This document shows, piece after piece, positions 1-12,294 of a stretch of DNA of 64,000 nt (within the stretch, counting starts at the first letter, position 1; each line of letters starts with the position of its first letter). Source of the stretch: an uncultured Methanomassiliicoccales archaeon (lineage in GTDB: Archaea > Thermoplasmatota > Thermoplasmata > Methanomassiliicoccales > UBA472); the NCBI GenBank assembly GCA_963695345.1, contig OY968769.1:448001-512000 (forward strand). The letters run 5' to 3'. A program made the position numbers and the translations under genes. The notes below the pieces were generated by a model. That model was given only the letters and a program-made list of their open reading frames with translations, did not search any database and was not told the DNA's origin.

Positions 1-294
1 AATTTCCTTTATCGCCTTGGCCTTGGCCTGAGGGAATCCGGCCGGGCGTACCAGTTCGATCAGCTCATCCAGGTCGGCCGAGGCGATCTCCGCCGGGGTA
101 TCGAACCGGGAGAAGAGCGCCTTCGAAGCGGTGAAGGTGTTCTGGTCCCTGGTACGTTGGGACAGGACGGTAGAGATCAACACATGGAAGGGGTCCCGGG
201 CCCAGACCACATCGATGTGCTCCATCGCTCCTGGATACGCCTCGTCCGCCACCTGCCCCTTCATCATGGTCAGCAAAGACCTAATTCGTTTCAT
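1..294 (-). CDS. nth: Endonuclease III (HhH-GPD glycosylase), runs off the window edge, apparent frameshift near 125
   Basis: Manual translation: MKRIRS...DPFHVLISTVLSQRTRDQNT, then (shifted) ALFSRFDTPAEIASADLDELIELVRPAGF..KAKAIK; start overlaps folC stop. Confidence 0.85.
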   Translation of the reverse strand, partial: MKRIRSLLTMMKGQVADEAYPGAMEHIDVVWARDPFHVLISTVLSQRTRDQNTFTASKALFSRFDTPAEIASADLDELIELVRPAGFPQAKAKAIKEI

Positions 295-1603
295 GAGCGC
301 CCCACCACCGTTTTGCCTCTCCCACGGTGTATAACGAACCTCCGACGATCACCGTATCGCCCTCTGCTGACCTTTCCAAAGCCATGGCCAGCGCCCCCCC
401 GACATCGTGGCTTACAGAGACATCTGCGCAGAAGTGCGCCATGACCTCCTGGACGTGCTCGGCCGGGAACGCCCTTTCGGTGTTCGGCATGGTGGCGATG
501 ACCGAGTCAGCGACCTTGCCGAACTGGCAGGAAATGCCCTCCAGGTCCTTGTCGTTGAGCACGCCCAGGACTACGATCGTGTGTCCCTGCCTGATCTTCA
601 TGATCTCTTGCACCGCCACCTTCGCCCCTTCGGGAGTATGGCTGACGTCGAAGATGACCAATGGCCTGTCCCGCACCACCTCCAGGCGACCGGGCCACAC
701 CACCTGGGACAGTCCGAGGGCGATGGACCCCTCGGTGATCCTGAGCCCTTTCTTTCTCAATTCCAAGGCGGCCTCGCATGCCATCGCGGCGTTCGATGCC
801 TGGTAGTCTCCCAGGAGGGGGACCTGCACCACCCGGCCTATGGACGGCAAATGAACCGCGACACCGGAACGATCGCCGCTGACCAACTGGAATCTGAAGT
901 CGGCGCCCAGCCTCGACAGGCAAGCCCCCTTGTCCCGGGCGATCGAATCCAGGACCTTCAGGACCACTGGGTCGTCCTCGGCGGTAATGACCATTACGGA
1001 CGGCTTGATGATGCCCGCCTTCTCGTAGGCTATCTTGGCCACCGTGTCTCCCAGGTATTGGACATGCTCCTTGCTGATACGAGTGATGACGCACACGTCC
1101 GGAGCTAGGACATTGGTCGCGTCCAGGCGGCCCCCCAAGCCGACCTCGATGACCGCTGCCTCCACTCCCTTCCTGGCAAAGTACAGGAATGCGATGGCGG
1201 TGGTGACCTCGAAGAACGTCAGCGACCCGCCCTCAGCGTCAACGGACCGTTCCCCCGCGCTGCGGACCTCGCCCGCCAGGGCGACTACGTCGGCCTCCGG
1301 GATCATCTGCCCGTCCACCATGATACGCTCCCGGAAATCCACCAGATGAGGTGAGGTATAGAGTCCGGTACGGAGCCCTGACGCCTGCAGGATGGATGCG
1401 GTCATGGCGCAGACGGAGCCTTTTCCATTGGTCCCGGCGACGTGAACGGAACGGAACGAGGACTGCGGATCCCCCAGGTCATGCAGAAGCCGTCTGATCC
1501 GACCTAGGCCGAGCTTGATGCCCATGTTCTCCAGGCCGAAGAGCCAGTCCAAGGTCTCCTGGTATTCCATGTTCCCGGTTACATCGGCGAATGGTTTAAT
1601 CAT
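281..1603 (-). CDS. folC: Folylpolyglutamate synthase/dihydrofolate synthase
   Basis: HVAGTNGKGS, YTSPHL, EVGLGGRLDATN, WPGRLE motifs; ends in TAG. Confidence 0.93.
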   Translation of the reverse strand: MIKPFADVTGNMEYQETLDWLFGLENMGIKLGLGRIRRLLHDLGDPQSSFRSVHVAGTNGKGSVCAMTASILQASGLRTGLYTSPHLVDFRERIMVDGQMIPEADVVALAGEVRSAGERSVDAEGGSLTFFEVTTAIAFLYFARKGVEAAVIEVGLGGRLDATNVLAPDVCVITRISKEHVQYLGDTVAKIAYEKAGIIKPSVMVITAEDDPVVLKVLDSIARDKGACLSRLGADFRFQLVSGDRSGVAVHLPSIGRVVQVPLLGDYQASNAAMACEAALELRKKGLRITEGSIALGLSQVVWPGRLEVVRDRPLVIFDVSHTPEGAKVAVQEIMKIRQGHTIVVLGVLNDKDLEGISCQFGKVADSVIATMPNTERAFPAEHVQEVMAHFCADVSVSHDVGGALAMALERSAEGDTVIVGGSLYTVGEAKRWWGAHETN

Positions 1604-2373
1604 TGCTCTTCCGCGAGCCTGTTCACCATCTCGCCCAGCGTCAGCCCGTCGCGTTTGGCCATCCTCTTCATGGCGTTCATGATGCCCGAGCCGTATTGCG
1701 CCGCCTTCTTCTTCCTATCGGCGATCGGTCCCAGCCCCAGCGCCCGGCCGACATCGCGCAGGATGGCCTTGTTCTCATCGCCGCGCAGGAGCATTTCCAG
1801 CGGCAGATCGAGGGACATCCGGACCACTTCCGGGTCCAGGAAAGGATGGAATAGTGTCTTTCCGAACGATCCCGCAGCCTGTTTCTCTGCTTTCATGCCA
1901 TGGACGAGCAGCGCCTCCAGGTCATGTCCCATGGAAGCCCTCATCCCCTTTTCCTCCATGGAGCGGTAACGGGAGTAACCGGCGTAAAGCTCGTCCGCTC
2001 CCTGGCCGCACATCAGCAGGTCCTCCGCCGCGACGCCTAGCACAAGAAAGAGAGGCATCTCGAACGACAGGGTAAGCGGGGACGTCCCGAAGAAAGGTAC
2101 CATGCCTTTGATGGCCTGACGTATCTCATCCTCGCCTACGACCAGACCCACCCAGTCCAGACCCAGCCCTTCCGCGGTGCTCTTGGCCACCGTCAGGTCG
2201 CTGGCGCCTTCGATGCCTACCGTGTACAGCGTGGTCCGAGAATGGCGCGCCACCAAGGCAGCGACCACACTGCTGTCGATCCCTCCGGAGAAGAGGACCC
2301 CCGTGGTCCCGGTGGATATCTTTTCACGCACCGCCTCGTCCAAGGTGCTTAGTAATTGGTCGATCCGGTTCAC
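1600..2373 (-). CDS. Asparagine synthase C-terminal-domain protein (no glutaminase domain)
   Basis: FSGGIDSS PP-loop, GQGADELYAGY, PFLD, KKAAQYGSG. Confidence 0.8.
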   Translation of the reverse strand: MNRIDQLLSTLDEAVREKISTGTTGVLFSGGIDSSVVAALVARHSRTTLYTVGIEGASDLTVAKSTAEGLGLDWVGLVVGEDEIRQAIKGMVPFFGTSPLTLSFEMPLFLVLGVAAEDLLMCGQGADELYAGYSRYRSMEEKGMRASMGHDLEALLVHGMKAEKQAAGSFGKTLFHPFLDPEVVRMSLDLPLEMLLRGDENKAILRDVGRALGLGPIADRKKKAAQYGSGIMNAMKRMAKRDGLTLGEMVNRLAEEQ

Positions 2374-2465
2374 GCCCGAAGGAAGGCATTCGGGCCTATT
2401 TCACGTATGTCATGCCGGCGCACGAAAGGATTATGGCAAGTAACACTATTTGACACGGGAGTAAC

Positions 2466-2918
2466 ATGGAAAACGTGACCAGGATCGGGGTATCCCTTGA
2501 ACCGGAGCTTCTGGAGAAGTTCGATAAACTGATCGAGGGGAAGGGCTACACCACCCGTTCCGAGGCCATCCGGGACCTGATCCGGGAGGAACTGGTCAAG
2601 GACATCGTGAAGGACGACAATGCCATGGTATTCGGCACCATCACCCTGATCTACGAGCATCACAAAGGCAGTGTGAAGGAGGAGCTCATGGACATCCAGC
2701 ATGCGCATCATACCAGCATCTCTTCGTCGATCCATGTCCATCTCAATCTGGAGCAATGCCTTGAGGTGCTGATCGTTTCCGGTTCGGTCAGGGACATCAA
2801 GCACCTATCAGACGAGATAGGCAGCGTGCGGGGAGTCATGCATATGGAACCGGTCATGATCTCCGGTTCCCTCGGTGGGCACAGCCATCATCAGGGCCAG
2901 GAACAGCATACCCATTGA
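2466..2918 (+). CDS. nikR: Nickel-responsive regulator NikR, His-rich C-terminal tail
   Basis: RHH N-terminus RIGVSL...GYTTRSEAIRDLIR; HVHL...CLEV nickel-site motifs. Confidence 0.92.
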   Translation: MENVTRIGVSLEPELLEKFDKLIEGKGYTTRSEAIRDLIREELVKDIVKDDNAMVFGTITLIYEHHKGSVKEELMDIQHAHHTSISSSIHVHLNLEQCLEVLIVSGSVRDIKHLSDEIGSVRGVMHMEPVMISGSLGGHSHHQGQEQHTH

Positions 2919-3051
2919 GGACGTTCCGTGGTCCGGTCGGTCTCCGAGCAGGACCTCTGGCGCTGGCTATCCAGTCGGAATGGAACCGCTGGAAATCGGC
3001 AGCCAGTTTACCATACTTTCTTATAAGAGATACCTTGTTTGTGCGGTCCGG

Positions 3052-5487
3052 ATGAAGATACTAGTAATCTCTGAGAAGTCGAACGCTGCCGCCAGGATAT
3101 CCTATATTCTTTCCAACGCTTCGACCAAGAGGAAGAATATGGGCGGTGTCCAGGTTTTCGAGTTCAACAGAGAAGGGGACGAGTACTGGGTGGTAGGTCT
3201 CCGGGGTCACATCATCGAGATCGACTACCCTGAGGAGTTCAACGACTGGAATGCGGTCGACCCCAAGAAATTGGTCTATGCGGTCCCGGAAAAGCGGGTC
3301 ATGGCCAAGAACATAATCGCGATATTGACGGACCTGGGCAAGGTCGCCGACCAGATCATCATAGCGACCGACTATGACCGGGAAGGGGAGCTCATCGGAC
3401 TGGAGACCGTGCACCTTCTGGGCGTGGACATGTCCAAGGTCAAACGTTCCAAGTTCTCCGCCTTCACCAAGGTCGAGATCGAGAACGCGTTCAGCAACCT
3501 CACCGATCCGGATGAGAAGCTGGCCAAGGCGGCCGAATCAAGACAGTACATCGATCTTGCCTGGGGAGCGGCATTGACCCGGTTCATCTCACTGAACTCC
3601 GGTCAGGTCGGGTCCAATTTCCTCTCCGTCGGCCGGGTCCAGAGCCCTACCTTGTCGCTCATCGTCGACCGCCACCGGGAGATAACCAGCTTCGTTCCCG
3701 AACCATACTGGAACGTCACTGCCAATTTCTTCAAGGAGACGGCCTTCGGAGGCGTGCACCAGAAGAACCCGTTCAAGTCCGAGGCGGACGCGAACGCCGC
3801 GCTTGCCAAGATCAAGGACGCCAAGGTCGGAACGGTGGAGAAGTTCGAGAAAAAGGAGAAGGACGAGTACCCGCCCGCCCCGTTCAACACCACCATGATG
3901 ATGGCGGAGGCCAACAAGATGGGCATTTCGCCTTCGATGGCGATGAAATTGGCCGAGGACCTCTACACATCTGGTTACATATCATACCCGAGGACGGACA
4001 ATACCGTCTATCCCCGGTCATTGTCGCTGAAGACGATATTGGAGAAGCTCAAGGAATCTCCCTTCAAGTCCGAGGCCGAGGAGATATTGAGGCAGGAATC
4101 GATCCGACCGTCCAGGGGCAAGATCGAGACCACCGACCACCCTCCGATCTATCCCACCGAGGCAGCCTCCCCGGACAAGGTCAAGGGAGAGAAGTGGAAG
4201 CTATACGAGCTCATCGTTCGCCGTTTCTTCGCCACCGTCGCGCCCGCCGCCAGGTCCGAAGGGATCGATGTGACCATCAAGGTGGAGGGCGAACCGTTCG
4301 ACTCCAAGGGCTACCGCATCCTGTTCGAGGGATGGAGGAAATACTATCCTTACTGGCGGGTCACGGAGGTCCTGCTTCCGGCAATGGCTCCGGGAACCGA
4401 GGTCGAGGCCAAGGGCTTTGACGTCGAGACCAAGGAGACCCAACCACCGCGCCGCTACTCCCAGGGCACCCTCCTTCAGGAGATGGAGAAACTGGGCCTG
4501 GGCACCAAGTCGACCAGGCATGACATTATCCAGAAGCTCTACGACCGGAAGTATGCCGTGGGCAACGACCTTATCCCGACCCAGTCCGGGATCGCCGTCG
4601 CCAGCGCCTTGGAGAAGCATGCCAAGATCGTCACCGAGAGCAAGATGACGGCCCACCTGGAACAGGACATGGAGAACATCGCCAATGGCAGCACGACGCT
4701 GCCGGAGGTGGTCGAGGAATCCCAGGACATGCTCTCCGACATCCTCGAGGTGATGGACAAGAACAAGCAGGGCATCGGTGACGAGATAAGGCAGGCCCTC
4801 CATGAGCAGAGCTTCATCGGCCTGTGCCCCGCGTGCGGCGGGAACCTCAGGGTCCTCCGCAGCAGGAAGGGGGCAGAGTTCATCGGATGTTCCGGGTATC
4901 CGGAATGCAAGAAGGCGTTCCCGAAACCCAGGGGAGCGTTGGTCCAGACGACCGATCAGCTTTGCGATGTCTGCAAACTGCCCAAGGTGAGGGTCATCCG
5001 GAGGGGCAGTCCGCCGGCGGTCATCTGCATCGATCCCGAGTGCGAGAGCAACCGTGACACCACCACGGTAGGCCAATGTCCTGATTGCGGGAAAGACCTC
5101 AGAATTCTCTATTCACGCTTCGGAAAGAGGTTCATCGGCTGTTCTGGATACCCGAACTGCAAGCGGACCTATCCTCTGCCCCAGCTTGGAACGGTCTACT
5201 CGACCGGCACCAAGTGCGAGGTCTGCGGAGCTCCGGTGATGGGGGTCAAAGGCGCCCGGTCATGGCAGTTCTGCGCGAACATGGAGTGTACCTCCAACAA
5301 GCGGGCGAAGAAGGAAGGGGAAGAGCCAAAGAAGACCGCGGCCAAGAAGGCGGCGAAGAAGGCACCGGCCAAAAAGAAGGCCGTAGCCGCGGATGAAGAA
5401 GCTCCCGCAAAGAAGACGGCGGTCAAGAAGGCGGCGAAGAAGGCACCGGCCAAAAAGAAGGCAAAGCCGGAAAAGAAGCCCGAGTGA
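3052..5487 (+). CDS. topA: DNA topoisomerase IA with zinc ribbons and Lys/Ala-rich tail
   Basis: ISEKS TOPRIM, ATDYDREGE, SVGRVQSP, ISYPRTD catalytic Tyr, CxxYPxC ribbons; start taken at ATG 3052. Confidence 0.95.
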   Translation: MKILVISEKSNAAARISYILSNASTKRKNMGGVQVFEFNREGDEYWVVGLRGHIIEIDYPEEFNDWNAVDPKKLVYAVPEKRVMAKNIIAILTDLGKVADQIIIATDYDREGELIGLETVHLLGVDMSKVKRSKFSAFTKVEIENAFSNLTDPDEKLAKAAESRQYIDLAWGAALTRFISLNSGQVGSNFLSVGRVQSPTLSLIVDRHREITSFVPEPYWNVTANFFKETAFGGVHQKNPFKSEADANAALAKIKDAKVGTVEKFEKKEKDEYPPAPFNTTMMMAEANKMGISPSMAMKLAEDLYTSGYISYPRTDNTVYPRSLSLKTILEKLKESPFKSEAEEILRQESIRPSRGKIETTDHPPIYPTEAASPDKVKGEKWKLYELIVRRFFATVAPAARSEGIDVTIKVEGEPFDSKGYRILFEGWRKYYPYWRVTEVLLPAMAPGTEVEAKGFDVETKETQPPRRYSQGTLLQEMEKLGLGTKSTRHDIIQKLYDRKYAVGNDLIPTQSGIAVASALEKHAKIVTESKMTAHLEQDMENIANGSTTLPEVVEESQDMLSDILEVMDKNKQGIGDEIRQALHEQSFIGLCPACGGNLRVLRSRKGAEFIGCSGYPECKKAFPKPRGALVQTTDQLCDVCKLPKVRVIRRGSPPAVICIDPECESNRDTTTVGQCPDCGKDLRILYSRFGKRFIGCSGYPNCKRTYPLPQLGTVYSTGTKCEVCGAPVMGVKGARSWQFCANMECTSNKRAKKEGEEPKKTAAKKAAKKAPAKKKAVAADEEAPAKKTAVKKAAKKAPAKKKAKPEKKPE
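5327..5462 (+). repeat. Two 55-bp direct repeats (81-bp period) encoding KKTA(A/V)KKAAKKAPAKKK
   Basis: 5327-5381 vs 5408-5462, two mismatches. Confidence 0.85.
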
Positions 5488-5497
5488 TCTCGTCCGT

Positions 5498-5923
5498 TCA
5501 GTGCTTGTGGTCGCCCGAGCAGGCTTCGTGGTCGTGTTCGTCCAGGTCCTCGACGGTGACCCTCGACACATCCCTGAACCCGGTCAGCACCGCTTTTTCG
5601 ACGATGTCCTCGATGGTCTGTTTGTCCAGACCGTACTGCAGAACGTTCAGCACGATCTCCAGCTTGTCGGACGCGACGGCGAAGGAATTGGAACAACGGG
5701 CCTTTCCATCTGGCGTGGTAACCGAACAGGCGATGTGCAGACCCTCTCCGACCTCTGCGATGCATTTGATGTGCCCGATCAGCCTGGTCCCGGCCTTTAC
5801 GCAATCCAATGCGACCCGGGTCAGCAGCGATTCCACCATATTCTGCATCTGGACAGGCTCGATCCTCTGCTTGAAGGTCACGTGTACCTTGGCGGCGCAG
5901 GCCGCGAAGTCCTCCGCCATCAT
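5498..5923 (-). CDS. Hypothetical protein coupled to CobW-like GTPase, His/Cys-rich
   Basis: LIGHIKC motif, DEHDHEACSGDHKH tail, overlaps upstream stop. Confidence 0.7.
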   Translation of the reverse strand: MMAEDFAACAAKVHVTFKQRIEPVQMQNMVESLLTRVALDCVKAGTRLIGHIKCIAEVGEGLHIACSVTTPDGKARCSNSFAVASDKLEIVLNVLQYGLDKQTIEDIVEKAVLTGFRDVSRVTVEDLDEHDHEACSGDHKH

Positions 5924-6519
5924 GGGCCCACCATCGCTTTGACGACCTGGTCCAGGTTCTCTCCGGTGACCGCCGACACCGAAATCGTTCTTTTCCGGAT
6001 ATCCAGTTCCGCTAGAATGTTCATGACCACCTGAACCGCCTCAGGTCCTGATTCGTCTATCTTGTTAATGACGATGATGTCCGCGGCATTGAGCTGGTTC
6101 TTGATCGGAATGGTCAAGGCATTGAGTATCAACGGAAATCGAACCGCGTCGACCACGACGATGATGCGTATCGGTTCGACCTTCGGGCCGCGGTACATCT
6201 TCATGGTGTCGATGATCTTCGCCGGATCGGCGATCCCGGTCGGTTCGACCAGGATCAGATCGGGCTTGAGATTGATGGCCACCGTGTTTACCGTTTCCAG
6301 GAAATCCGAACCCAATGTGCAGCAGATACAACCGCTCGGCATGTCCTGGACCTCCAGTCCATATTTCTTCATGACGGCGCCATCGATTCCGATCTTGCCG
6401 AAATCATTGACAATGACCACCACTTTCTTTTTGGTGGTCTCGATGTACTTACCGATCGTCGCCAGGATCATGGTGGTCTTGCCAGAACCGAGAAAACCGG
6501 ATACGACTAACATGTCCAT
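5920..6519 (-). CDS. CobW/COG0523 family GTPase (G-domain only)
   Basis: GFLGSGKTT, GCICC, EPTG, NKID motifs. Confidence 0.85.
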   Translation of the reverse strand: MDMLVVSGFLGSGKTTMILATIGKYIETTKKKVVVIVNDFGKIGIDGAVMKKYGLEVQDMPSGCICCTLGSDFLETVNTVAINLKPDLILVEPTGIADPAKIIDTMKMYRGPKVEPIRIIVVVDAVRFPLILNALTIPIKNQLNAADIIVINKIDESGPEAVQVVMNILAELDIRKRTISVSAVTGENLDQVVKAMVGP

Positions 6520-6642
6520 GAATATGACTCCCTTTGCGTTACCGGGTCGGTTGCTATCCGATGAGGCATATATAAAAGTAGGGCGATATGGGCCCGGGGA
6601 CCTCGAACAGAAGTAGGTGGCCACCCGGAACAATATGATGGT

Positions 6643-6891
6643 TTAGAACAGATTTATGACCATTCTAAGGGTTTTTCCGAAGGTGGGGTCACCACTCTCT
6701 TCTTCTTTGATCCCGGTGAAGGCGATGTCTTCTTCCTCTTTTTCTCGGGCGATTCGGGCATTGCGACATTTTCTGCACTCGACCGTCTTCCCGAGCTTGT
6801 GCTTGATCCCCACCACTGACCGGTCAAGCTCGGTCACTGCACCGCATGAGCACAGGATGCGCGACGTCTCAACCTGTTCGACAATGAGCAT
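6643..6891 (-). CDS. Small putative zinc-binding hypothetical protein
   Basis: CSC...CRKC pair followed by charged helix; start uncertain. Confidence 0.45.
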   Translation of the reverse strand: MLIVEQVETSRILCSCGAVTELDRSVVGIKHKLGKTVECRKCRNARIAREKEEEDIAFTGIKEEESGDPTFGKTLRMVINLF

Positions 6892-7376
6892 GCCAGAAGG
6901 CTCAGACGTTAGAGTCTTACATCTGATTGCGGGCATGAATTCATCCCTTCTCCCCAGGATCCCAAATTTTGGTTCGATCTTGTCAGCCCCGTGACCGAAC
7001 GCAGCCTCCGCTAGTTGAACATTATACAACCTATCCCTCCCCACTCAGAAATCAACCATCGGCCATCCGCTTCGCCCACAAGCTACTGGACAGCAGGAAA
7101 TATTGGTTACATCCCGAGTGAAAAACACTAACACTTCAGTATCGTATTAAACGTTTCGCACCTTGTATTAATGACGTATGCCAGATGTCTGACAGACCTT
7201 ATTTTTTCCGACCATAAGGCAAGTGCGTTAAGCCCTTGCCGGAAATGCTGGAAAAGCCCTCGACATGCATCGAATGGCACCCTTGAACTGTTCCGTTCCG
7301 TTTTATGCCTCGAGAGATAAATTGTAGCCCGCGTCATATGCCTTGGCAGCAATTTGGCAGACACTTTTTTTCGGTC

Positions 7377-7820
7377 CTACTCATCCTTTATGGTGGCGAA
7401 GCAGGCGCAGGTGAGAGTCTTGCCGACTCCGTCCATCTGCCTCATCTTGTCGATGACCAGCGAACCTATGCTCTCCATCGATTGACCCCTCACCTTCATC
7501 AGGATGTCGTGCTCCCCGGAGATCAGGTGTACCTCGTGCACCCCTTCCAAGGCGGCGATCTTCAAGCGCCAGCTCCCTCTGGGACATCTTGCTGTTCGGA
7601 AGGAAGGACATCAGGATGAAAGCGGTTATGGGCTCACCCAGCTTGGAAAAATCAGGGACCACGGTGAAGCCCTTGATGATTCCTTTCTCGGACATCCTCC
7701 TGATCCTTTCGTGCACGGTCGCCCTAGGTATCTCCAGGTCCTTGAAGCGATCGCCTTGGTGCTCCGTCTGGCATCCTTCTGGAGCTCTCTCAGGATGGAT
7801 TTGTCCTTATCGTCGAGCAT
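7377..7820 (-). CDS. Lrp/AsnC family transcriptional regulator (frameshifted in this sequence)
   Basis: MLDDKDKSILRELQKDAR / HERIRRM..GIIKGFT / EVHLISGEHDILMKV across three frames; ends in TAG. Confidence 0.85.
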
Positions 7821-7903
7821 ACAACGGTATTATAAATGAGTCTGTTAAGGATTGTCCTCGATCCTGCCGTACTCACGAAGATGTCAAAAAATTACCGGGA
7901 CTG

Positions 7904-8325
7904 TCAGGGTGAGATGACCTCTACGTCCATCGGTATGCCCGCCTTCACGCTCTGGGAGACGATGCAGAAGTCCTCGAATATCTCCTGGCAGAGCTTCAGT
8001 TTGGACGGATCGGACAATTCTGGGTGGAGGATGACCTTGATGTGGGTTATCCTCAGGCGACCGCGTTCGTTCCTCTCCATCCTGCTGAACACCTCGGCGC
8101 TGAGGGACAGCATCTCGGTATGGGTCCTCCGCACGCAGAAGGACAGGCTTTCGCACAGGCAGTTTCCGACCGCCGCCGCCAGGAACTTACCGGCGTTGGG
8201 GTACAGTCGCCAGTGCCCAGAGGCTTTGGCTCGTCCATGAATATCTCCTGCGCGCTGTTCATGTCGATGCGGAACCGGTAACCTTCCACCATCTCCATGC
8301 TGACCTTGAACGTCTCCTCCTCCAT
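7904..8325 (-). CDS. OsmC family protein (frameshifted)
   Basis: MDEPKPLG, AAVGNC region, FEDFCIVSQSVKAGIPMDVEV. Confidence 0.8.
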
Positions 8326-8329
8326 GTGG

Positions 8330-9524
8330 TCACTTCTCCAGTTCCATGCGCTCGATCTGCTTCAGGACCCTTGACCGGATCTCCTTGGGATGGAGCTGGC
8401 GGGCTGACCCTCTTGCCCTTGTCCAGCAGTTTGACCTCGGCCAACCTCATCTCCCGTTGACAGTGTGGGCAGATCGGTATCTCGTCCTCGGAACGGGAGA
8501 CTCCGAACTCGAAGCAGTTCTCGCACCTGAAGGCGAACTTGCGGCCTCCGAACTTGCCCCGTTTGGCAACGTTCTTGCCCTCCTTCTCGACGATGTCCAT
8601 GGCGAAGTCGATGGTCGGAGCGTTGCTGATGCTGGTTCCGACTCCGAATCCGTCCGCACCTGCCTTGGACAGTTCGTTGATTGTGCGGTCGCAGAGCCCG
8701 CCAGAGACGATGATCTTGACCCCCTTGTAGCCTCGGGAGTCCATCTCCCAGCGCACCTCGCGTATGATGTCCGGGAAATTCCCCCGTCTCGACCCAGGTG
8801 TGTCCAGCCGGACGGCGAACAGGTCCTTGATGGTCTCACAGGCCATGATCGCCTCGAACTTCTCGTCACAGTAGGTGTCGACCAGCGCCACCCGCGGGAC
8901 CTCCGGCTCAACGACCTCATCGAACGCCTTGAATGCCTGGCGCTGATCGCCGATCATTATGACCAGGGCATGGGGCATGGTGCCGGATGGCTCCTGCTCC
9001 ACGGTCTCCGCCCCGATGATGGACGATACCGCGTCGCAACCCCCGATGTACGAGGAACGGTCGATGACCGGGGCGATGGCCGGGTGCATGCGGCGCACAC
9101 CGAACGACAGGACCATCTTGCCTTCGGCCGCTATCTTGCAGCGCGATGACATGGTAGCCACGCCGCTGGCGAAGCACATGAACCCCAGGGCCGGCGACTC
9201 GTATGGGCAGTATTCCCCGTAGGGCCCTTCCAGTTTCATGACCGGTACCTTGACCCCGTCGAAGCTGCGGGACCGGAATATCGTTCCCTCCGGAATGCCA
9301 ACCAGGTCTACGTTCTTGCCCTCGAAGAGCCTGATCACCTCCTCGGAACCGCAGAACACGCCCCAAGGCCAGGAGTCGGGCAGAGAGGCCACCGTGAACT
9401 CCGACAGCGTGTCGACCCCGAGAAGGCCTCGCTCCCGGAGGACCTGCATGGTCCTCTCGAAGTAAATGTCGGTCGTCCTGCCATCGGCAATGTCCTCGTC
9501 AGATGCCCCGAAGAACTTACCCAA
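8330..9524 (-). CDS. pncB: Nicotinate phosphoribosyltransferase with C-terminal zinc ribbon (frameshift near 3' end)
   Basis: TTDIYF, SFGVRRMHP, GTMPH, VRLDTP, SGGL, FGVGT. Confidence 0.9.
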
Positions 9525-9608
9525 TTTCCCGCCTCCCTGACCCGAACGGTATCTGACTAAAGAAATGTTCTGGCAGGAAAAATGGAATAAAGGGTTTGCG
9601 GACCCGCT

Positions 9609-10891
<1,283 letters not shown>

Positions 10892-10935
10892 CGGGATCTC
10901 TCCTTACGCAGGAACTGACCCCGAAGCATGGTAGA

Positions 10936-11914
10936 TTACCTAATAGGTTTCGCCTGGTCATCGCCGGTGGTATCGATGATCTCCATGTTGCGTTCGAGGA
11001 GGGCCATCTCCCTGACGCTCAGGGTCCGAGGGTCGACGGAGATGATCAGGGTGGACTTGTACTCCATGACCGCCTCGACGATATGATGCATCATCCTGAG
11101 CACCTTCTCGAAGTCGTTGTTGACGATCAGGAACTCGATCCCGTCTATTATGACGACCGACTCCCCGGATTTCTCCACAAATCGTATGATCGTGTCGGAT
11201 AGGATGCCGATGTTCGTCGGGTTGACGTAGACCTTGCCCAGCTGGTTCGACAGCCATATTATGGGGGTCTTTTCGATCTTCCAGGTGGTCCGGATAGTGG
11301 TCGGATGCTGTCTGGTGACGCAAAGTCCCTGTATGTTATGGGTGACCTGGTCGACGAAGATCTCGAAGGACCTCTCCGGCTTGGATTCCTTGACCACATA
11401 GCCGAAACCTTTTCTCAGCTCATACTGCTTGGCGGACCGCTTGGCCTTCTCCATTCCGGCCGGCGGCGAGCGAGTGGGGACCATCTTGGAGAACATCTTG
11501 GACAGTCCGCTCTGCTTCTTCACTTCCGGCTCGATGACGATCTGGGAGGGAGTCTCCAATACCGCCTTCAGACCTTTCCGTGAGCTCCAGGTTGTTGAAT
11601 GGCTTGCGGATGTAGCCGGAAACCACATCCTGTAGCCCGAAAATGTCGGTACCGATCTCGGTGGTGGCCGTCAGCATCATCACCTTGAGCTTCTCGGTCG
11701 CCCCGACCTCCTTCAGCTTCCTCAGCACCGTCCATCCGTCCATGTCAGGCATGTTGATGTCCAACAGGACCAGGTCCGGCTGCTCGGAGGCCACCTTATC
11801 AAGGCAGTCCTTACCTCCAGTGGCTGTAATCGGGATGTAACCGGCCGAAGAAACCAGCTCGGACACAATCTCCTGAATTGCCGGATTGTCATCGACTATC
11901 AGGACTTTCTTCAC
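10936..11914 (-). CDS. Response regulator receiver fused to DUF835 domain (frameshift near 11580)
   Basis: VLIVDD...LLDINMPDMDG...IRKPF; C-terminal LCVTR/WLSN/IDGIEFLIVNNDF typical of DUF835. Confidence 0.8.
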
Positions 11915-12079
11915 AGTACCACCACTGCAGGCATCATGCAATCCTCTGAGATTGAATTGGACCCTAAAAACTTATCCTCTGAATAATCAGCTCAAACAAA
12001 ACAGAAGATATCAAAATGCGGTCGGGCATCTGACCGACCACAATTTCGTAAAAATGGAAAAGTGGTTGACGAAAGGCGA

Positions 12080-12229
12080 TTACGCCTTTCTTGATTCCTT
12101 AGCCTTCAGGCGAAGGTGATCGTATCCGCATTTCCTGCACCGGGTGGCCCGGGGGGCGTTCCTCGCGTAGCAGTTCATGCAGACCATCTTGTTAAGAAGC
12201 CTAGCATCAGCTTCCTTGAATCGTGCCAT
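12080..12229 (-). CDS. rpl40e: 50S ribosomal protein L40e (49 aa, below ORF-track cutoff)
   Basis: [49 protein letters not shown]. Confidence 0.95.
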   Translation of the reverse strand: MARFKEADARLLNKMVCMNCYARNAPRATRCRKCGYDHLRLKAKESRKA

Positions 12230-12294
12230 ATGAGTCCTCTCCGCCTTGAAACATAGAAGGAATATAAAAACGTTGGCAACGCCAAAGCCGTTCC

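Noticed and set aside
1-283. folC-nth fusion by amber readthrough
   Set aside because: The folC frame rejoins nth only because of the apparent indel near 125; conserved nth N-terminal motifs lie in another frame with their own ATG.
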